Source: Dehalococcoidia bacterium
GTDB taxonomy: Bacteria > Chloroflexota > Dehalococcoidia > Lucifugimonadales > UBA3495
Length of the DNA: 64,000 bases
Reading direction: 5' to 3'
NCBI GenBank assembly: GCA_965207865.1
Contig: CBDBNP010000006.1
Location: 843,147-907,146 of the forward strand
Notes under the pieces: generated by a model
What the model was told of the DNA's origin: nothing
Database searches by the model: none
What the model saw: only the letters and a program-made list of their open reading frames with translations
Made by a program: the position numbers and the translations under genes
In this document: piece after piece, positions 60,079-64,000 of the stretch
Layout of the letters: the number at the start of each line of letters is the position of its first letter
How positions within the stretch are numbered: position 1 is the first letter of the stretch

Positions 60079-62988
60079 ATGACCGGCAACCGAGCGAGAA
60101 GATGCGGGACCCTGTTGAGCGTCGTCCTGGCACTGTTCCTCACGATGACCCTCGCGGCCTGTGGCGGCGAGGGCGACCCCGGAGGGGAGGGAACTCCCAG
60201 CTCGTCCTCAAGCAGCGGTGACCGGGAAGCGACGCAGGAGGCCGGAGCCTCGGGATCGCAGTCGCGGATCCCCTTCGCCCGGGCCACCCCCGAACCCACC
60301 GAGGAGGCCGGGGCTTCGGGATCGCAGTCGCGGATCCCCTTCGCCCGGGCCACCCCCGAACCCACCGAGGAGGCCGGGGCTTCGGGATCGCAGTCGCGGA
60401 TCCCCTTCGCCCGGGCCACCCCCGAACCCACCGAGGAGGGCGAATCCTCGGCGACCGCCCTGATTCCGTCATCGGAGGGAGCCGACGGAGAGGGCGAATC
60501 CTCGGTGACCGCCCTCATTTCATCATCGGGGGAAGCCGCCGAACTCGACCGTGACGCCCTGATCGCCCTCTATGAAGCCACCGGCGGCGACGACTGGACC
60601 GACAACGAAGGGTGGCTCAGCGACGCCCCCATCGGCCAGTGGCGCGGCGTCACCGTCGACGACACCGGGCGGGTCACCGCCCTGGTCCTCAACGGCAACA
60701 ACCTGGTCGGGACCGTGCCCGATGAGATCGGCTACCTGCACGCCCTGACCCTGCTGGACCTGGGCGGGAACCGGCTGGACGGCTGCGTGCCGGCCAACCT
60801 GTACGATCAAGACCACGTGGAAGTCCGCCCGCTGGGACGCGCTCCCAACCCGCCTCTGGCGCAGACCTCGGCGGAGACCGACAAGGAAGCGCTTCTGGCC
60901 ATCTACAACGCCACCGACGGCGCCAGTTGGGACGAGAGCGGCACCTGGGCCGGTTTCTTGCCCATCAGCGAGTGGGCAGGCGTCACCACCGACGAGGACG
61001 GCCGCGTCGTCGAACTCAAAGCCAACCTTCTCTTAGCGGATCTCCCGCCCGAGATCGGCCACCTCACGGGCCTGAGGACCCTGGATCTGGACGGTGTGAC
61101 CGGGGGAATTCCGCCGGAGTTGGGATATCTCGTCAACCTGGAGAGGCTGGAGCTCGGGGGTAAGTGGTCGTGGAGGACCGGCATCTTTAACAATCTGAGC
61201 GGGGAGATACCGCCGGAGCTGGGTAGCCTCGCCAACCTGACAGTGCTGAACCTCGCTAGCGACAGAAACTCGCTGTGCGGGGAGATACCGCCGGAGCTGG
61301 GCAGCCTTGGCAGCCTGAGAGAGCTGCGGCTCCAAAACAACCAGTTGAGCGGGGAGATACCGCCTGAGTTGGGCGGCCTCGCCAACCTGAGAGAGCTGTA
61401 CCTCTGGGGCAACCAGTTGAGCGGGGAGGTTCTGCCGGAGTGGGAGAACCACGCCTACACCCTGGAGAGAATCGATCTCAGGGGGAACCAGCTTGGCGGA
61501 TGCATATCCGACTTGCTGAGAGACTACGTTGACGTCGAGGCTGGCGAAATTCCGGTATGCGCTCCCGAAAACCACCCCGGCGACACCGAGGCGCTGATCG
61601 CCCAGTACAACGCCTGGGGGCAGCCGGACAACCTCAGCAACTGGCTGAGCCGGGAGCCCATCGGCGAGTGGGCAGGCGTTTCCGTGGACGCCACTGGCCG
61701 CGTCGCAGCCTTGAACCAGCCCTACCCTTATGGACGGCTGACCGGGAAGCTGTCGCCGGAGTTGGGCAACCTTGCCAACCTGAAATATCTGGACCTCAGC
61801 AGGAACGAGTTGACCGAGGATATTCCCCCTGAGCTGGGCGGCCTTGCCAGCCTGGGACGGTTGTACCTCCAGGACAACCAGTTGACAGGTGAGATACCGC
61901 CGGAGTTGGGCGGCCTTGCCAGCCTGGGACGGTTGTACCTCCAGGACAACCAGTTGACAGGTGAGATACCGCCGGAGTTGGGCGGCCTTGCCAGCCTGGG
62001 ACGGTTGTACCTCCAGGACAACCAGTTGACCGGTGAGATACCGGCGGAACTGGGCAGCCTCGCCAACCTGCGCGAGCTGAACCTCCTCGGCAACCAGTTG
62101 AGCTGGGAGATACCGCGGAACTGGGCCAGTCTGTACAACGTGAGATTCCAAGGCGGCGAAGCAAACATCTGGATAGGGCCTAAGTTCGCCTCGGTCAGCG
62201 CCGGGACATATCACACCTGTGGTGTGAGGACCAACGGCGCCGTCGCCTGCTGGGGCAATGACGGATTTGGCCAGTCCACGCCGCCGGAGGGGCAGTTCGC
62301 CTCGGTCAGCGCCGGGTATTGGCACACCTGCGGGGTCAGGACTGGCGGCGCCGTCGCCTGCTGGGGCGGCCATGACAGTCATGTCCAGCCCACGCCGCCG
62401 GAGGGGCAGTTCGCCTCGGTCAACGCCGGAGGTGAGCACACCTGTGGGGTGAGGACCAACGGCGCCGTCGCCTGCTGGGGCGTTGACTATTATGGCCAGT
62501 CCACGCCGCCGGAGGGGCAGTTCGTCTCGGTCAGCGCCGGAGGTTACCACACGTGTGGGGTTAGGACCGACGGCGCCGTCGCCTGCTGGGGCGATGACGA
62601 TGATGAAAAGACCACACCGCCGGAGGGGCAGTTCGCCTCGGTCAGCACCGGGTGGAACCACACCTGCGGGGTGAGGACCGACGGCTCCGTGGCCTGCTGG
62701 GGCAATCACTATGATGGCCGGACTCGGTCGCCGGAGGGGCAGTTCGCCTCGGTCAACGCCGGAGGTGAGCACACCTGTGGGGTGAGGACCAACGGCGCCG
62801 TCGCCTGCTGGGGCGATGACGATGATGGCCAGTCCACGCCGCTGGAGGGGCAGTTCGTCTCCGTCAGCGCCGGGGGTTTCCACTTCGATGGCGGGTACAC
62901 GTGCGGGGTGAGGACCGACGGCTTCGTGGCCTGCTGGGGCAATAACTTTTATGGCAATTCCAGCCCTTGGTCGTCAGAGGAATCATAG
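60079..62988 (+). CDS. LRR lipoprotein fused to a seven-blade RCC1-like beta-propeller
   Basis: 969 aa. Lipobox TLAAC. 3x22-aa tandem repeat. Three cap+LRR blocks (DRDALIALYEATGGDDWTDNEGWLSDAPIGQWRGVTVDDTGRVTAL...). C-terminal 7 x ~38-aa repeats FASVSAG..HTCGVRT.GAVACWG.....GQSTPPEGQ. Confidence 0.85.
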   Translation: MTGNRARRCGTLLSVVLALFLTMTLAACGGEGDPGGEGTPSSSSSSGDREATQEAGASGSQSRIPFARATPEPTEEAGASGSQSRIPFARATPEPTEEAGASGSQSRIPFARATPEPTEEGESSATALIPSSEGADGEGESSVTALISSSGEAAELDRDALIALYEATGGDDWTDNEGWLSDAPIGQWRGVTVDDTGRVTALVLNGNNLVGTVPDEIGYLHALTLLDLGGNRLDGCVPANLYDQDHVEVRPLGRAPNPPLAQTSAETDKEALLAIYNATDGASWDESGTWAGFLPISEWAGVTTDEDGRVVELKANLLLADLPPEIGHLTGLRTLDLDGVTGGIPPELGYLVNLERLELGGKWSWRTGIFNNLSGEIPPELGSLANLTVLNLASDRNSLCGEIPPELGSLGSLRELRLQNNQLSGEIPPELGGLANLRELYLWGNQLSGEVLPEWENHAYTLERIDLRGNQLGGCISDLLRDYVDVEAGEIPVCAPENHPGDTEALIAQYNAWGQPDNLSNWLSREPIGEWAGVSVDATGRVAALNQPYPYGRLTGKLSPELGNLANLKYLDLSRNELTEDIPPELGGLASLGRLYLQDNQLTGEIPPELGGLASLGRLYLQDNQLTGEIPPELGGLASLGRLYLQDNQLTGEIPAELGSLANLRELNLLGNQLSWEIPRNWASLYNVRFQGGEANIWIGPKFASVSAGTYHTCGVRTNGAVACWGNDGFGQSTPPEGQFASVSAGYWHTCGVRTGGAVACWGGHDSHVQPTPPEGQFASVNAGGEHTCGVRTNGAVACWGVDYYGQSTPPEGQFVSVSAGGYHTCGVRTDGAVACWGDDDDEKTTPPEGQFASVSTGWNHTCGVRTDGSVACWGNHYDGRTRSPEGQFASVNAGGEHTCGVRTNGAVACWGDDDDGQSTPLEGQFVSVSAGGFHFDGGYTCGVRTDGFVACWGNNFYGNSSPWSSEES
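60235..60432 (+). repeat. 3 x 66-bp in-frame tandem repeat (units 2 and 3 identical)
   Basis: Encodes (E/Q)EAGASGSQSRIPFARATPEPT three times. Units at 60235, 60301 and 60367. Confidence 0.9.
61834..62049 (+). repeat. 3 x 72-bp near-identical in-frame tandem repeat (three LRR units)
   Basis: Each unit encodes LGGLASLGRLYLQDNQLTGEIPPE. Units at 61834, 61906 and 61978. Confidence 0.9.
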
Positions 62989-63140
62989 CCGAGAATACGG
63001 AGCGCCGTCCCAATCTCTGCGGGAGGGGTCGCGCCAGCGCAGCAATAGCCGGCCCGGCGGGGGTCTTCCTCGCGGTTTGCCGCGGGTCGGCCCCCCGCAG
63101 CGTGGCGGGATGACGCCTTCGACAGCGGTGGGAGGTTGCG

Positions 63141-63962
63141 ATGATTACGAGTACGGAACGGGCTAGCCGGCTTGCCCTGCTGGGCATTGTCCTGGCGCTG
63201 GTCCTGGCGGCAGCGCTCCTCGCGGCCTGCGGCGGCGATTCGCCGGATGCCGGTGGAGAGCGGGCCGTGACGCCCCGGCCGGAGACTGCGGAGAGCGGGG
63301 ATCCCGGCCCCACGCGCCAGGGAATCCTCGGCATCGGCAGCCAGTCCGCCGCCGATCCGGAGACCACCGATGCGCCGCGACCGACGGCTGCCGGACGCCC
63401 CCTGCTTCCCTTCGGGACGACATCGGCGGCAACGGACCGGGAGGCGCTGGTTGCCCTCTACAACGCAACGGACGGTCCGAACTGGGAAGACGATGAAAAC
63501 TGGCTGAGCGACGCGCCCCTTGACGCATGGAAGGGCGTTGCCACCGGCGACGACGGGCGCGTTACAGAGTTGGACCTCGGCGAGAATCGTCTGAACGGGG
63601 AGATATCGCCGGAACTGGGCCACATCGCCAACCTGGAACGGTTGAGCCTCTACGGTAACCAGTTGAGCGGAAAGATACCGACGGAACTCGGCAGCCTGGC
63701 CAACCTGGAATTGCTGAGCCTCTACGGGAACCGATTGAGCGGGGAGATACCGCCGGAGTTGGGCAACCTCGCCGGCCTGACAGAGCTGTGGCTCAACAGC
63801 AACCGGTTGAGCGGGGAGATACCGCCGGAGCTGGGCGACCTCGCCAACCTGGAATCACTTTGGCTCCGCAACAACCAGTTGAGCGGATGCGCCCCGGCCA
63901 GTTTGAACCGCGAGGGCCTGAAAGTGCGCCTGCCGTCTTCCGTAGTCGGCTTTTGCCGGTAG
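63141..63962 (+). CDS. leucine-rich repeat lipoprotein (short paralog, ~6 LRRs)
   Basis: 273 aa: MITSTERASRLALLGIVLALVLAAALLAAC lipobox, the same cap DREALVALYNATDGPNWEDDENWLSDAPLDAWKGVATGDDGRVTEL, and LSGEIPPELG repeats. Confidence 0.85.
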   Translation: MITSTERASRLALLGIVLALVLAAALLAACGGDSPDAGGERAVTPRPETAESGDPGPTRQGILGIGSQSAADPETTDAPRPTAAGRPLLPFGTTSAATDREALVALYNATDGPNWEDDENWLSDAPLDAWKGVATGDDGRVTELDLGENRLNGEISPELGHIANLERLSLYGNQLSGKIPTELGSLANLELLSLYGNRLSGEIPPELGNLAGLTELWLNSNRLSGEIPPELGDLANLESLWLRNNQLSGCAPASLNREGLKVRLPSSVVGFCR

Positions 63963-64000
63963 AGGCGGCGCCCAGCAGATATAAGAGACAGGAGATCACG

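Overview
High-GC bacterial chromosomal segment, judged by eye, with islands of clearly lower GC. I could run no searches, so every family call rests on motifs read from the translations. The LPXTG-type sorting signal, several luciferase-like (LLM) oxidoreductase paralogs, ComDE-like decarboxylase subunits and Uma2 and RidA paralogs suggest a monoderm, Chloroflexota-like organism. That is inference only.

Layout:
- 1-13 kb: housekeeping genes (comDE-like, tmk, pdxS/pdxT, hrcA, bioY).
- 13.4-19.5 kb: minus-strand cluster of three secreted or anchored surface proteins (LPXTG protein, collagen-like protein, 890-aa IPT/TIG protein), interrupted by an intact IS4-family element with an 11-bp target duplication.
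- 20.2-24.4 kb: Calx-beta lipoprotein gene flanked by a MITE-like repeat, an IS5-type N-terminal remnant and an IS630-type pseudogene.
- 24.4-46.4 kb: mostly metabolic genes. These include Rel/SpoT, an HpaB-cupin-ABM-VOC cluster with three RidA paralogs, tandem LLM duplicates, tRNA-Lys with a decayed TIR-like gene, a small HNH + methyltransferase R-M pair, Sir2 and MscS.
- 46.5-64 kb: mosaic accessory region starting at tRNA-Ile. It holds a vWA-PP2C-kinase triad with convergent membrane proteins, a polytopic membrane protein ending in an OmpR-type winged helix, an intact IS1182/IS5-type element, small membrane and acidic lipoprotein genes, an IS21 remnant, and three paralogous LRR lipoproteins, one fused to a 7-blade RCC1-like propeller.

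Most notable observations:
- A missed SelW/Rdx-like selenoprotein gene (CxxU with in-frame UGA and a SECIS-like hairpin).
- A second gene split by an in-frame TGA.
- The tRNA-Ile-adjacent signalling triad island, which is my best candidate for an uncharacterised system.
- The LRR/RCC1 lipoprotein family.
- Several dispersed palindromic repeat families.

Many long ORFs in the track are antisense or out-of-frame artefacts of high GC and were rejected.
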